Origin: Bacteroidia bacterium | Lineage (GTDB): Bacteria > Bacteroidota > Bacteroidia > AKYH767-A > JBBKVM01 | Length of the DNA: 64,000 nucleotides | Assembly: GCA_037968415.1 (NCBI GenBank) | Contig: JBBKVM010000136.1 | Coordinates: forward strand, 4,886-68,885 | Direction of reading: 5' to 3' | Shown: positions 1 through 9,654 of the stretch, piece after piece | Layout of the letters: every line of letters begins with the position of its first letter | Numbering within the stretch: position 1 is the first letter of the stretch | Program-made: the position numbers and the translations under genes | The notes under the pieces: model-generated | Told to the model about the DNA's origin: nothing | Database searches by the model: none | Seen by the model: the letters and a program-made list of their open reading frames with translations, nothing else

Positions 1-1551
1 ACTGCCGGAATATAAAATCTTGCTATCAATTTTGGTGATCAGATTCCTCAGTTCAACATCCAGAAACGGCACACGCACTTCAACCGAATGCCACATGCTC
101 ATATAGTCTGTATCTTTCAATAACTGGTTTTTCATGTACACATTAGTCTCCATCCAGCTTACTATTTCTGCTTCATGATTTTCTTTTCCAAACTCCTTCA
201 TTGCGCCATCAAACAATTTATTCTCTACATCGGCTACACTGGTGTCAAGCAATCCGGCAATTGTAGCCGGAGAAAAAAGCGCTCTGTTGAACAAATACCT
301 TTTCTCGGTAGACGTTCCGCCCAAGTAGGAGATTTTTCGAAACTTATTGGCAGGACTGTGTTCGGCCAACCGTGTAATTACCGAAGGGAGTTTGGATGTG
401 AAGGGCATGTGTGCCGTGCGAGCAAATGAAGGATATCCACCAAACAGTTCATCAGCGCCAATACCTGACAACACTGCTTTCAATCCCATTTCTTTAGCGC
501 AACGGGCTATGAAAAATGTATTGATTCCATCAATGCTGGGTTGGTCCATGGCATGGTAAACTTCCTGCATGCCTTCTTCAAAATCAACGCGTCCTATCAA
601 GCACTCCTTATGCTCACCTCTTGTAATGCCGGTAATGATATGCTGATACTTTTGCTCTGAATAATCGGATTCGTCAAATATAATGGATAGTGATTTCAAA
701 GAGTTGCCTAACTGGCGCGCGGCCAACAACGTGATAAGGCTAGAGTCCACACCACCCGATAAAAACACACCAATGGGCGCATCACTGATTAAATGCCTGC
801 TTACTGCTCGCGTAATTACTGCTCGTATTTGCTCACGCGCTTCAATTACATCAGTGATTAACTCATCTGATTTTTCGAACTTGACATAGCTTTGTAGTTG
901 GCCTGTGCGGTTGCGTACATCGTATTTAAGATAACAGCCGGCTGGCAACATTTTTACATTTGCGAGAGTGGTGTATGGCTCAGGAACAAATCCGTAAGCG
1001 AAGAAATAATACTTCCAATCAGGATTTTCATAAATTTTTAGTCCCGAATGTGTGAAAGCTCTCACCTCTGACGCAAACATGAGGCCTTTTGCAGATGAAT
1101 AATAATAAAGCGGCTTGATTCCTGAATGATCGCGCACCAACCATAGCGATTCATCGCGTTTGTCATGCAAAGCAAATGAAAACATCCCATTGAGTTTTGC
1201 AAATGCTGCCTCACCCCAATTCAAGAAAGCAAGCAAAAGTACTTCGGTATCTGACTCTGATTTAAACTTGAATCCTTTTGCTTCAAGTTCGGTACGCAAT
1301 TCCATGTAATTGTATATCTCGCCATTGTAGGAAATGGTGAGCATACCTGTCATATCTTGCATGGGCTGGTGTCCTCCAGGACTTAGGTCAATGATTGATA
1401 ATCGCCTGTGACCTAAATATACTTTCGACTCAGCATCTACGTGCATACCGGAATCATCGGGCCCGCCTCTGTGCATGCTTTCGCACATGCGCGCAACAGC
1501 CTGTTCGGGTTGCTCAACCAATGCTCCTGCCATGCCAGCTATGCGACACAT
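1..1551 (-). CDS. asnB: Asparagine synthase (glutamine-hydrolysing), N-terminal ~517 aa; the C-terminus lies beyond the window start
   Basis: Minus-strand translation from the ATG at 1551 begins MCRIAGMAGALVEQPEQAVARMCESMHRGGPDDSGMHVDA. This gives the catalytic Cys2 of a class-II glutamine amidotransferase. Downstream are SGGVDSS-type PP-loop motifs (GVFLSGGVDSSLI). The ORF runs off the window edge, so it is missing from the ORF track. Confidence 0.85.
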   Translation of the reverse strand, partial: MCRIAGMAGALVEQPEQAVARMCESMHRGGPDDSGMHVDAESKVYLGHRRLSIIDLSPGGHQPMQDMTGMLTISYNGEIYNYMELRTELEAKGFKFKSESDTEVLLLAFLNWGEAAFAKLNGMFSFALHDKRDESLWLVRDHSGIKPLYYYSSAKGLMFASEVRAFTHSGLKIYENPDWKYYFFAYGFVPEPYTTLANVKMLPAGCYLKYDVRNRTGQLQSYVKFEKSDELITDVIEAREQIRAVITRAVSRHLISDAPIGVFLSGGVDSSLITLLAARQLGNSLKSLSIIFDESDYSEQKYQHIITGITRGEHKECLIGRVDFEEGMQEVYHAMDQPSIDGINTFFIARCAKEMGLKAVLSGIGADELFGGYPSFARTAHMPFTSKLPSVITRLAEHSPANKFRKISYLGGTSTEKRYLFNRALFSPATIAGLLDTSVADVENKLFDGAMKEFGKENHEAEIVSWMETNVYMKNQLLKDTDYMSMWHSVEVRVPFLDVELRNLITKIDSKILYSGS

Positions 1552-1730
1552 ATGATTCTGATTTTGATGTTATTGTGCATTTTACTTTTCAAGAGAACAA
1601 AGCTCCGCTCTCTCAGTCACAGAATTTAATCAAAAACCCTGCTCTCAAGCGGAAAATTAAGGGTTGTAAAGGTAACACTTTTAGCGATTTTCAGCCGAAA
1701 AAAGGCAATTGATTCGCGCTTGCATTTTTA

Positions 1731-2246
1731 TTATTTATCGCTTTTTAAGGCATGCTTCGGAAGGTCCATCAGAATAGATTTTCCAAGCTCCTGGATTTGC
1801 ATCATGACCCGGCCCCGTCCTTTGTAAGTAACCCATGTGCCACGAATACCCTTGAACGGACCGTATGTGACGATGACAGGCTCTCCCGGAATTTTAAAAA
1901 AATCATGCACATCGATAAGTTCAGGCGACTCAAGCAAAATTTTTATCTCGTCAATAACCTCCTGCCTGACAATTGCCGGATGACCTTCGAAGGTGACAAA
2001 CTTCACAGCTCCTTCCAAATTAAGCAAACTAGAGATTTCCTGACTAGTGGCTTTCACAAATAAATAACTCTTAAAAAGTGGTTCTTCTACTTTTTTCTTT
2101 CTGTCACTCCATTGTCGCATGGATTTGATTAATGGCAGATAGGTAACCATATTGCGCTGTTGCAAGATGCCATTCAGCTTCTTTTCATGACGCGAGCGCG
2201 TATACAAAACATACCAAGATTTGCCATCTATATCTGCATCAAGCAT
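1731..2246 (-). CDS. UpxY-family (NusG-like, KOW-containing) transcription antiterminator
   Basis: The KSWYVLYTRSRHEKK motif is typical of the Bacteroidota UpxY/NusG-SP family. The track ORF (1731..2318) overlaps gmd by 38 nt. The internal Met (MLDADIDGKSWYV, start 2246) gives a typical ~172 aa UpxY and removes the overlap. Confidence 0.7.
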   Translation of the reverse strand: MLDADIDGKSWYVLYTRSRHEKKLNGILQQRNMVTYLPLIKSMRQWSDRKKKVEEPLFKSYLFVKATSQEISSLLNLEGAVKFVTFEGHPAIVRQEVIDEIKILLESPELIDVHDFFKIPGEPVIVTYGPFKGIRGTWVTYKGRGRVMMQIQELGKSILMDLPKHALKSDK

Positions 2247-2280
2247 TGAACTGTTTTTGGTTTTGAGGATAGAGGAGGGA

Positions 2281-3393
2281 TTACTCTTTTGAGTCCATGA
2301 TATTAAAACCACCTTCACGTAAAAACTTGCTCCGTTGCATCAACTCCAAGTCAGCGGCCACCATTTCCTTGACCAACATATCCACATCATACTTTGGCTT
2401 CCAACCCAGCTTTTGAAAAGCTTTTGAAGCATCCCCTATCAACAAGTCTACTTCGGTAGGCCTGAAATAATTTTCATCTACGGCTACCACTTCGCTACCC
2501 AGGGCCAATTTATATTCTGCGTTGTTGCATTCAACTACAACGCCAATTTCTTCTGTGCCCGATCCTTTAAACTCCACCACTATACCCAATTCAGCAAATG
2601 CCATTCGTATAAATTCACGAACAGTGGTAGTAATTCCGGTGGCCAACACAAAATCTTCAGCTATGTCATGTTGCATCATCAACCACATGCCTTCTACATA
2701 ATCTTTTGCATGCCCCCAATCTCTCTTCGCATCCAGATTTCCAAGAAACAATTTCTGTTGCATTCCCAATGCAATTTTCGCAACAGCTCTGGTGATTTTT
2801 CTGGTTACAAACGTCTCTCCTCTGATAGGTGACTCATGATTAAACAATATTCCATTACAAGCAAACATTTTGTATGCTTCGCGATAGTTTACTGTTATCC
2901 AATAAGCATACAACTTTGCTACTCCGTAGGGAGAACGGGGATAAAAAGGTGTGCGCTCGGTTTGTGGTGTTTCTTGCACCAGGCCATAAAGTTCAGAGGT
3001 GGAAGCCTGATAAAAACGAGTCTTGTCACTAAGATTCAATATCCTGATGGCTTCTAGCATTCTTAATGTCCCTATGGCATCGGAGTTTGCAGTGTATTCA
3101 GGTGTTTCAAAACTCACCTTCACATGGCTTTGGGCAGCCAGATTATAAATTTCATCGGGTTGCACTTCTTGAATAATTCTGATCAGATTGGTTGAGTCAG
3201 TAAGATCACCGTAGTGCAATCGAAGGTTTACCTCTTGCTCATGCGGGTCTTGGTAAAGGTGATCGATCCTGTCTGTGTTGAGCAGCGAACTTCTTCTTTT
3301 GATGCCGTGAACTTCATATCCTTTGCTCAACAACAGTTCTGCAAGATAGGCCCCGTCTTGACCAGTGATTCCGCTTATAAGTGCTTTTTTCAT
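2281..3393 (-). CDS. gmd: GDP-mannose 4,6-dehydratase
   Basis: 370 aa. N-terminus [33 protein letters not shown] and the NLAAQSHV motif are classic for Gmd of the SDR family. Confidence 0.93.
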   Translation of the reverse strand: MKKALISGITGQDGAYLAELLLSKGYEVHGIKRRSSLLNTDRIDHLYQDPHEQEVNLRLHYGDLTDSTNLIRIIQEVQPDEIYNLAAQSHVKVSFETPEYTANSDAIGTLRMLEAIRILNLSDKTRFYQASTSELYGLVQETPQTERTPFYPRSPYGVAKLYAYWITVNYREAYKMFACNGILFNHESPIRGETFVTRKITRAVAKIALGMQQKLFLGNLDAKRDWGHAKDYVEGMWLMMQHDIAEDFVLATGITTTVREFIRMAFAELGIVVEFKGSGTEEIGVVVECNNAEYKLALGSEVVAVDENYFRPTEVDLLIGDASKAFQKLGWKPKYDVDMLVKEMVAADLELMQRSKFLREGGFNIMDSKE

Positions 3394-3406
3394 TTTTTAC
3401 AGATTC

Positions 3407-4351
3407 TTATTGCGTTGTAATTTTATCGTAGTGCTCCACAAAATCTTTATATGCCAGTGCAATTCCTTTATCTAAATTTACTTTGTGCTTATAACCTGTG
3501 CTATGCAATTTATTCACATCGAGCAGTTTTTTAGGAGTTCCATCAGGCTTGCTTGTATCAAATGTGAGCACCCCTTCATACCCAACTATATTCTTCACCA
3601 TATGTGCCAGTTCTGAAATAGAAACTTCCTCTCCTGTACCAATATTCACCAGCTCTATTTCATCATAACTCAACATTAGGTGAAGGCATGCATCTGCCAG
3701 GTCATCCGCAAACATAAATTCGCGCAATGGCTTTCCGGATCCCCACACTTCTACGCTGGGAGCTGAACTGATTTTGGCTTCATGAAACTTGCGGATGAGA
3801 GCAGGCAGGACATGCGATTGCTGTAGGTCATAGTTATCGTTGTAACCGTATAGATTGGTGGGCATTACCGAAATAAAATTGCAGCCGTGTTGCAACCTGT
3901 AACTCTCGCACATTTTTACGCCCGCAATCTTTGCAATGGCATAGGGCTCGTTGGTATATTCAAGTGGCCCTGTAAGCAAACTGTTTTCCGCCAATGGCTG
4001 TGGTGCCATCTTGGGATATATGCATGACGACCCAATAAACATCAACTTTTTCACGCCATTTAAAAATGCGTGATGAATGATGTTATTTTGTATCATCAGA
4101 TTATCATAAATAAAATCTGCGCGATACTCATTATTTGCTGCTATACCGCCCACTTTGGCTGCTGCTAAAAAAACATACTCAGGTTTGTGGTTGCTAAAAA
4201 ATTCAGAAGTGGCAACTTGATTTCGAAGGTCCAATTCGGCTGAAGTGCGAAAAATTTGATTATTAAAGCCAGCCTGCTTTAAACCTTTACTAATCGCGGA
4301 TCCCACCATACCCCGGTGTCCGGCAACATATATCAACGAATCTTTTTTCAC
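3407..4351 (-). CDS. fcl: GDP-L-fucose synthase (GDP-4-keto-6-deoxymannose 3,5-epimerase/4-reductase)
   Basis: 314 aa. [12 protein letters not shown] Rossmann N-terminus. It sits directly downstream of gmd, the canonical gmd-fcl pair. Confidence 0.9.
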   Translation of the reverse strand: MKKDSLIYVAGHRGMVGSAISKGLKQAGFNNQIFRTSAELDLRNQVATSEFFSNHKPEYVFLAAAKVGGIAANNEYRADFIYDNLMIQNNIIHHAFLNGVKKLMFIGSSCIYPKMAPQPLAENSLLTGPLEYTNEPYAIAKIAGVKMCESYRLQHGCNFISVMPTNLYGYNDNYDLQQSHVLPALIRKFHEAKISSAPSVEVWGSGKPLREFMFADDLADACLHLMLSYDEIELVNIGTGEEVSISELAHMVKNIVGYEGVLTFDTSKPDGTPKKLLDVNKLHSTGYKHKVNLDKGIALAYKDFVEHYDKITTQ

Positions 4352-4376
4352 TTTACTGTAAAAACTAGGTCAATTA

Positions 4377-5981
4377 TTAAAAATCATAGTAGTGATTGGT
4401 AATGGCTGTGCGAAAACCAAATCGCACCAATTGCGAACGTTCTTGTTGTTGATCATTTGAAAGATCGCGCATGGCCACACCCAGCTCAATATTAAAATTG
4501 TATTTAGGATTTACGAGATAAGAAACTGTTACTTCTGTATTCAGAAGTGTGGTTTCCAAGCCCTGAAGCATTTTGTGACCATACTCAAAAGGGCGGCTGG
4601 AATAATTTTTGAAAATATTATGTCCATAATTGAAGCCGGCTGAATCGGCACCATACATTGCGTATACCATTTTAGCATCCAAATGAAAACGGTGATATGA
4701 ATAACCCAATATGCTTACTGATTCCCAGAAGTTGGCTCCCAACGGATGTGCAAGTGCTTCGTTGTAATGCCCGTAGTTTTGTTGCGTGCTCAAATGCTGA
4801 TAAGTGTAGGGTCGCACAAAATTATACTCTGTTTGGAATCTCAAACCAGGAAGTCCCAGGTCCAGACCTTTGTATCCAATCTGAAAGCCTTGCTTATTTC
4901 CATGCCATCCATTGCCGCTTTTAACTTCGTCCAATAAAAATTCATCGAGCACAATTTGGCCGTACAGAATATGCTTGGCAGTAATTCGATAACTTGTGTT
5001 GAGTCCCAATAATGCATTATCGGGTGAACCAAGCGAAAACTCAACAGGACGAAAAAATATAATCGGGTTCAGGTAATTGATGTCGTATCCGCGCTGGCCA
5101 GTGGTATCGCTTTTCCAAATAATGCCTTCAAACAATCCCACACTCAATCGCTTGCCCACCGCCAAATCGAGGTAATGAAATGTTCCATATTTTTTTCGGA
5201 ACCCCACAGCAGGATCAAATGGCGTGCGCAAATCCTGAAAAACCGTATATAAATTGGTATATTTTATTTTCCAGACATCGGTAGTTACTTTCAGGGCCGG
5301 GTAATTGAAAGCATTGTCGGACAAAAGTAATGACCTGTATCCGTCTCCGATAAAATTTTTGTCATTGCCAAACTGGAATGTAAAATGGCGGGAGGGTTTG
5401 AAGATTACATTGCCGTAGGCCATTGCGAAATCAAATCCATTATCCTTAAAAGTTTTGATACGACCCTGACCGGGAACCACTTTATTGATGCGAATACTTG
5501 AATCAAGGTAGTGGACAAAAGTGGCCTGATTTTCAAAAAACATGGTATTGAAATACACTTTGTTTCCAATCTTTCCTTCCGCACGAACTCCTCTTGTGTT
5601 CACATACACATTGTCATCATTCTCCAAATCTCTTCCCACTTGTAAATCAACCAGCGGGTCTATGTTGAGCAAAAAATCTTCTGTACGTACGCGCACCAAA
5701 TTTTCGTAAAGCAATTTACGTCCTACCCATGTGTTGTAAAACTTGCCGTTGCCCACTTCAAAATTGGCCACGCTATCAAAAGCCGGAAGTAAACCAATCT
5801 CATCTAAACGAAACGGTTTTACCGAAGTGTGGATGCCAGAGCCGGGAGCATAAACAATTGGTTCGTACCATTCTACCACTTTCCGATTCAACGGCAAATT
5901 AAATTGCTGAGCGAATGAATGATGGGCAGCAATTATGAATATCAGTATTATAAGTCCTGACAATTTAAGTGAATGATTCAT
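4377..5981 (-). CDS. Secreted outer-membrane beta-barrel protein, possibly capsule-assembly Wzi family
   Basis: The track ORF starts with TTG at 6005. The in-frame ATG at 5981 gives a signal peptide MNHSLKLSGLIILIFIIAAHHSFAQQ. The protein is long and rich in aromatic/Gly residues with alternating beta-strand character, and ends with a C-terminal aromatic (..YYDF). It lies in a polysaccharide-type block. The Wzi assignment rests on resemblance only. Confidence 0.4.
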   Translation of the reverse strand: MNHSLKLSGLIILIFIIAAHHSFAQQFNLPLNRKVVEWYEPIVYAPGSGIHTSVKPFRLDEIGLLPAFDSVANFEVGNGKFYNTWVGRKLLYENLVRVRTEDFLLNIDPLVDLQVGRDLENDDNVYVNTRGVRAEGKIGNKVYFNTMFFENQATFVHYLDSSIRINKVVPGQGRIKTFKDNGFDFAMAYGNVIFKPSRHFTFQFGNDKNFIGDGYRSLLLSDNAFNYPALKVTTDVWKIKYTNLYTVFQDLRTPFDPAVGFRKKYGTFHYLDLAVGKRLSVGLFEGIIWKSDTTGQRGYDINYLNPIIFFRPVEFSLGSPDNALLGLNTSYRITAKHILYGQIVLDEFLLDEVKSGNGWHGNKQGFQIGYKGLDLGLPGLRFQTEYNFVRPYTYQHLSTQQNYGHYNEALAHPLGANFWESVSILGYSYHRFHLDAKMVYAMYGADSAGFNYGHNIFKNYSSRPFEYGHKMLQGLETTLLNTEVTVSYLVNPKYNFNIELGVAMRDLSNDQQQERSQLVRFGFRTAITNHYYDF

Positions 5982-6028
5982 CGCGCAGATAAATTGAGTG
6001 TGCAAGATAGATAAAATAGAGGGCGATT

Positions 6029-6832
6029 TTAGCTGACTAAAAACCAGTCGTTAAGCAGGTTTGGCTTGTTGTATCGCATTCGCTGCCTGCTTTCATAAAA
6101 CACTACAGATTTGCCCGCTGCTTCAATAATGGCTTGCCCCGCGGCTGTGTCCCACTCCATGGTGGGCGCCAATCGAGGGTATACATCGGCAGTTCCATCG
6201 GCAACCATGCACAACTTAAGTGAGCTACCGGCTGATACCAAGTCAACATTACCGTGTTCGCGCTCTAAATCTTGAATGAATAACCTTGTATCTTCTGACA
6301 TGTGCGACCGGGAGGCAATGGCTACAAAATTAGTGCGGGTGTGCGGCAGTGGCAATGAATTTGACAACGCAACCAATTGATTAAAGCTGTTGACATCGCT
6401 CAAATCATTTTTATTTGCATCAAACAAGAAACTTCCTGACTCTAAGCTGCCGAAATAATAAAGATTGCGGTGTGGCAAGGAAACCACGCCCAGTATTGGA
6501 TATCCATTTTGAATCAGTGCGATATTGACAGTAAACTCACCATTGCGTTTCACAAATTCTTTGGTGCCATCCAGTGGATCAACCATCCACAAAAACTCCC
6601 AATTCTTGCGCAATTCATATGGAATGTCTTTCCCTTCTTCGCTCAGCACAGGTATACCCGTGGTCGAAAGAAGCGCATCAATCACCATGTGGGCATTGGT
6701 GTCAGCTTCGGTGAGTGGCGAATTATCTGATTTGTGTTCAACTTCAAAGCTGGTGTTATATACCTGCATGATGGCGTTACCGGCCTGCGCGCAGGCTTTT
6801 ATTGAAATCCATAAAAGTTCAGAATGGTTCAT
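6029..6832 (-). CDS. cysQ: 3'(2'),5'-bisphosphate nucleotidase (PAP phosphatase), inositol-monophosphatase family
   Basis: 267 aa. IMPase-family motifs (WMVDPLDGTKEF; ..SLKLCMVADGTADVY). Adjacent to cysNDC. Confidence 0.8.
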   Translation of the reverse strand: MNHSELLWISIKACAQAGNAIMQVYNTSFEVEHKSDNSPLTEADTNAHMVIDALLSTTGIPVLSEEGKDIPYELRKNWEFLWMVDPLDGTKEFVKRNGEFTVNIALIQNGYPILGVVSLPHRNLYYFGSLESGSFLFDANKNDLSDVNSFNQLVALSNSLPLPHTRTNFVAIASRSHMSEDTRLFIQDLEREHGNVDLVSAGSSLKLCMVADGTADVYPRLAPTMEWDTAAGQAIIEAAGKSVVFYESRQRMRYNKPNLLNDWFLVS

Positions 6833-6833
6833 G

Positions 6834-8123
6834 TTAAATAATCATGCCGGCCCCCACCGTTTCGTGAGTGGATTCATCTACCAATATTATACTTCCCGTG
6901 ACCCTGTTTTTACGATAGCTATCTACAAACAATGGTACGGTGGTGCGCAAGTGCACACGCGCTATGTCGTTCATGCCAATTTCAGTTACGTCTTCAATTC
7001 GATGCAAAGTGTTGATGTCAATTTTATAGCGAATCTCTTTTACCATCACGCGGGCCTCGCGCGTGGTGTGCATCACCACAAGTTTTTGTCCCTGTATTAA
7101 ATTGTGGTCGCTGAGCCAGCAAACCATCACTTCTAAATCCTGGGTAACTGTTGGCATGTTATTTTCGCGAACTAACATATCTCCACGACTGATGTCCAAT
7201 TCGTCATTGAGTGTGACGGTTACTGACATAGGGGCAAATGCCTCTGCCTGCGGGCCTTCATAAGTGTCAATACTTTTGATGGTGGTGGTGAAACCTGATG
7301 GCAACGCCATCACTTTATCTCCGGGTTTAAAAATCCCACCCGCAATGCGCCCTGCATACCCTCGGTAATCATGATGCTCCGAAGTTTGTGGTCGTGACAC
7401 AATCTGTACCGGCAGACGGCAATCGATATGATTGTGATCACCACTTATGTGCACATGCTCCAACTGGTATAACAACGTGCTGCCTTCGTACCAATCCATA
7501 TTAGTTGATTTGTTGACAATGTTGTCACCATGCAATGCGCTGATGGGAACAAACTGTATGTCTTTTACATCTAATTTGGCGCTTAGCTTTTTGTACTCGC
7601 TCACTATCTCTTCATAGACTTGTTCATCGTAGTCTACCAAATCCATTTTGTTGATGCATACAATGATGTGCGGAATCTGCAACAACGAGGCAATAAATGA
7701 ATGACGATTTGTTTGCTCTACAATTCCCTTGCGCGCATCTATGAGTATCAAAGCCAGGTTGGCTGTAGAAGCACCTGTCACCATATTGCGTGTATACTGT
7801 ATGTGGCCGGGTGTATCAGCGATGATAAATTTTCTGCGCGGTGTGGCAAAGTAACGGTATGCTACGTCAATTGTGATTCCCTGCTCGCGCTCGGCTTTCA
7901 ACCCATCGGTGAGCAAGGCAAGGTCAACATGTTTCAATCCTTTTTGCAAGCTGGTGCGTTCGATGGCAGCCAACTGATCTGCAAAAATTGATTTGCTATC
8001 CAGCAACAAGCGACCTATGAGCGTACTCTTACCATCGTCTACGCTTCCGGCAGTGGTAAAGCGCAGCAACTCCATATTTTGCAATTGCGCGGGATTGTGT
8101 TGTTTCGTTTGCGTTTTCATCAA
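6834..8123 (-). CDS. cysN: Sulfate adenylyltransferase subunit 1 (GTPase)
   Basis: 429 aa. GTPase motifs TAGSVDDGKSTLIGRLL, DTPGH, NKMD. Followed by cysD with a 4-nt overlap. Confidence 0.9.
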   Translation of the reverse strand: MMKTQTKQHNPAQLQNMELLRFTTAGSVDDGKSTLIGRLLLDSKSIFADQLAAIERTSLQKGLKHVDLALLTDGLKAEREQGITIDVAYRYFATPRRKFIIADTPGHIQYTRNMVTGASTANLALILIDARKGIVEQTNRHSFIASLLQIPHIIVCINKMDLVDYDEQVYEEIVSEYKKLSAKLDVKDIQFVPISALHGDNIVNKSTNMDWYEGSTLLYQLEHVHISGDHNHIDCRLPVQIVSRPQTSEHHDYRGYAGRIAGGIFKPGDKVMALPSGFTTTIKSIDTYEGPQAEAFAPMSVTVTLNDELDISRGDMLVRENNMPTVTQDLEVMVCWLSDHNLIQGQKLVVMHTTREARVMVKEIRYKIDINTLHRIEDVTEIGMNDIARVHLRTTVPLFVDSYRKNRVTGSIILVDESTHETVGAGMII

Positions 8124-9025
8124 AAATATCCCTGCTTTTTACGGTCCTCCATTGCTGTTTCTGATCGTTTGTCATCCGTGCGACTGTCGCGTTCGGTTAC
8201 GGTGGTAGTGGCAATCTCTGCAATAATTTCGTCCAGTGAGTTGGCTTTGGAACTGATGGCTCCAGTGCAAGTCATGTCACCTACAGTACGAAATCTTACT
8301 TGCATCGGAGCTGGTTTTTCACCGTGGCGCAGAGAAATAAATTCTGAGTATGCAAGTATCCTGTCCTCTCTGATGATGCACTCGCGTTGATGTGTAAAAT
8401 ATACTTGAGGCAACTCTATTTTCTCGGTGGCTATGTATTGCCATATGTCCATTTCGGTCCAGTTGCTAAGTGGAAATATTCTGAAATGCTCACCCACATT
8501 TTTCTTACCATTAAAAATATTCCAGAGCTCTGGCCTTTGGTTTTTAGGATCCCATTGTCCAAATTCATCGCGGTGAGAAAAAAATCTTTCTTTGGCCCGT
8601 GCTTTTTCTTCATCCCGTCTGGCCCCGCCCATTGCCGCATCGGTTTTCAACTCTTCAATGGCATCCAGCAGAGTGGTTGTTTGCAACATGTTGCGGCTGG
8701 CATTGGCGCCCCGCTCCTCTCGCACACGGCCTTTATCTATGCTGTCCTGCACCTTTCGCACAATCAAATTAGCCTTCATCTTTTTTGCAATGGCATCGCG
8801 GTAAGCAATCACTTCTGGAAAATTATGACCAGTGTCTACATGCAACAACGGAAATGGAAATGGGGCCGGGTGAAAGGCTTTCATTGCCAGATGTGCCAGC
8901 ACAATGGAATCTTTACCTCCTGAAAAAAGTAATACCGGCCTTTGAAACTGGGCGGCTACTTCACGAATTACATAAATGGATTCTGACTCCAGTTCGCGCT
9001 GATGGGTGAGATTATAGGAATACAT
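8120..9025 (-). CDS. cysD: Sulfate adenylyltransferase subunit 2
   Basis: 301 aa. PAPS-reductase-like PP-loop VLLFSGGKDSIVLAHLA. Confidence 0.9.
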   Translation of the reverse strand: MYSYNLTHQRELESESIYVIREVAAQFQRPVLLFSGGKDSIVLAHLAMKAFHPAPFPFPLLHVDTGHNFPEVIAYRDAIAKKMKANLIVRKVQDSIDKGRVREERGANASRNMLQTTTLLDAIEELKTDAAMGGARRDEEKARAKERFFSHRDEFGQWDPKNQRPELWNIFNGKKNVGEHFRIFPLSNWTEMDIWQYIATEKIELPQVYFTHQRECIIREDRILAYSEFISLRHGEKPAPMQVRFRTVGDMTCTGAISSKANSLDEIIAEIATTTVTERDSRTDDKRSETAMEDRKKQGYF

Positions 9026-9042
9026 GAATACTATTTGAAACG

Positions 9043-9654
9043 CTAATTTTTTATCTTTTTAAGCACATAATTTGCAACCATGCCGGCACTTTCAGCGATG
9101 CTCAATGAATGTGTATCTATTTCTATTTCTGCATTTGAAGGTGCTTCATACGGGGCACTGACTCCGGTGAACGACTCAATGAGGCCTGCGCGCGCTTTGG
9201 CATAAAGCCCTTTCACATCGCGCTCCTCACACACTTCCAACGGACAGTTTACGAATACTTCAATAAACTCATCGACAGACACCAATTCACGCACTCTGGC
9301 CCGCTCAGCTGCCGATGGTGATATAAAGGAAGACAACACTACCACTCCTGCATCAACAAACAACTTAGCCACTTGCCCCACACGCCTTATATTCTCATCT
9401 CTATCTGCTTCACTAAACCCAAGATCGCTGTTGAGCCCCATCCGCAAATTATCTCCATCCAGCAGATAGGTGTGTATATTTTGGGCATGCAGCATTTCTT
9501 CCACCGCACCGGCCACCGTTGATTTGCCTGACCCTGATAATCCGGTAAACCACACTATTGCCGGTTTGTGCCCAGACTGTGCAATTCTTTCAGCTTTGGA
9601 CACCGGATGATGGTGCGCAAAAATATTTCTTTTTTCGTTCATTCTATCAAGCAA
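9043..9654 (-). CDS. cysC: Adenylyl-sulfate (APS) kinase
   Basis: 203 aa. P-loop [15 protein letters not shown] and LDGDNLR motif. Confidence 0.9.
   Translation of the reverse strand: MLDRMNEKRNIFAHHHPVSKAERIAQSGHKPAIVWFTGLSGSGKSTVAGAVEEMLHAQNIHTYLLDGDNLRMGLNSDLGFSEADRDENIRRVGQVAKLFVDAGVVVLSSFISPSAAERARVRELVSVDEFIEVFVNCPLEVCEERDVKGLYAKARAGLIESFTGVSAPYEAPSNAEIEIDTHSLSIAESAGMVANYVLKKIKN

Noticed and set aside
1552-1730. 179-nt gap between asnB and upxY as a possible riboswitch or sRNA
   Set aside because: No conserved riboswitch signature or convincing stable structure recognised by eye. It is more likely the asnB 5' leader/promoter.
6525-7100. 191-aa plus-strand ORF overlapping cysQ and cysN antisense
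   Set aside because: It lies entirely within two well-supported genes on the opposite strand and has no recognisable domain.
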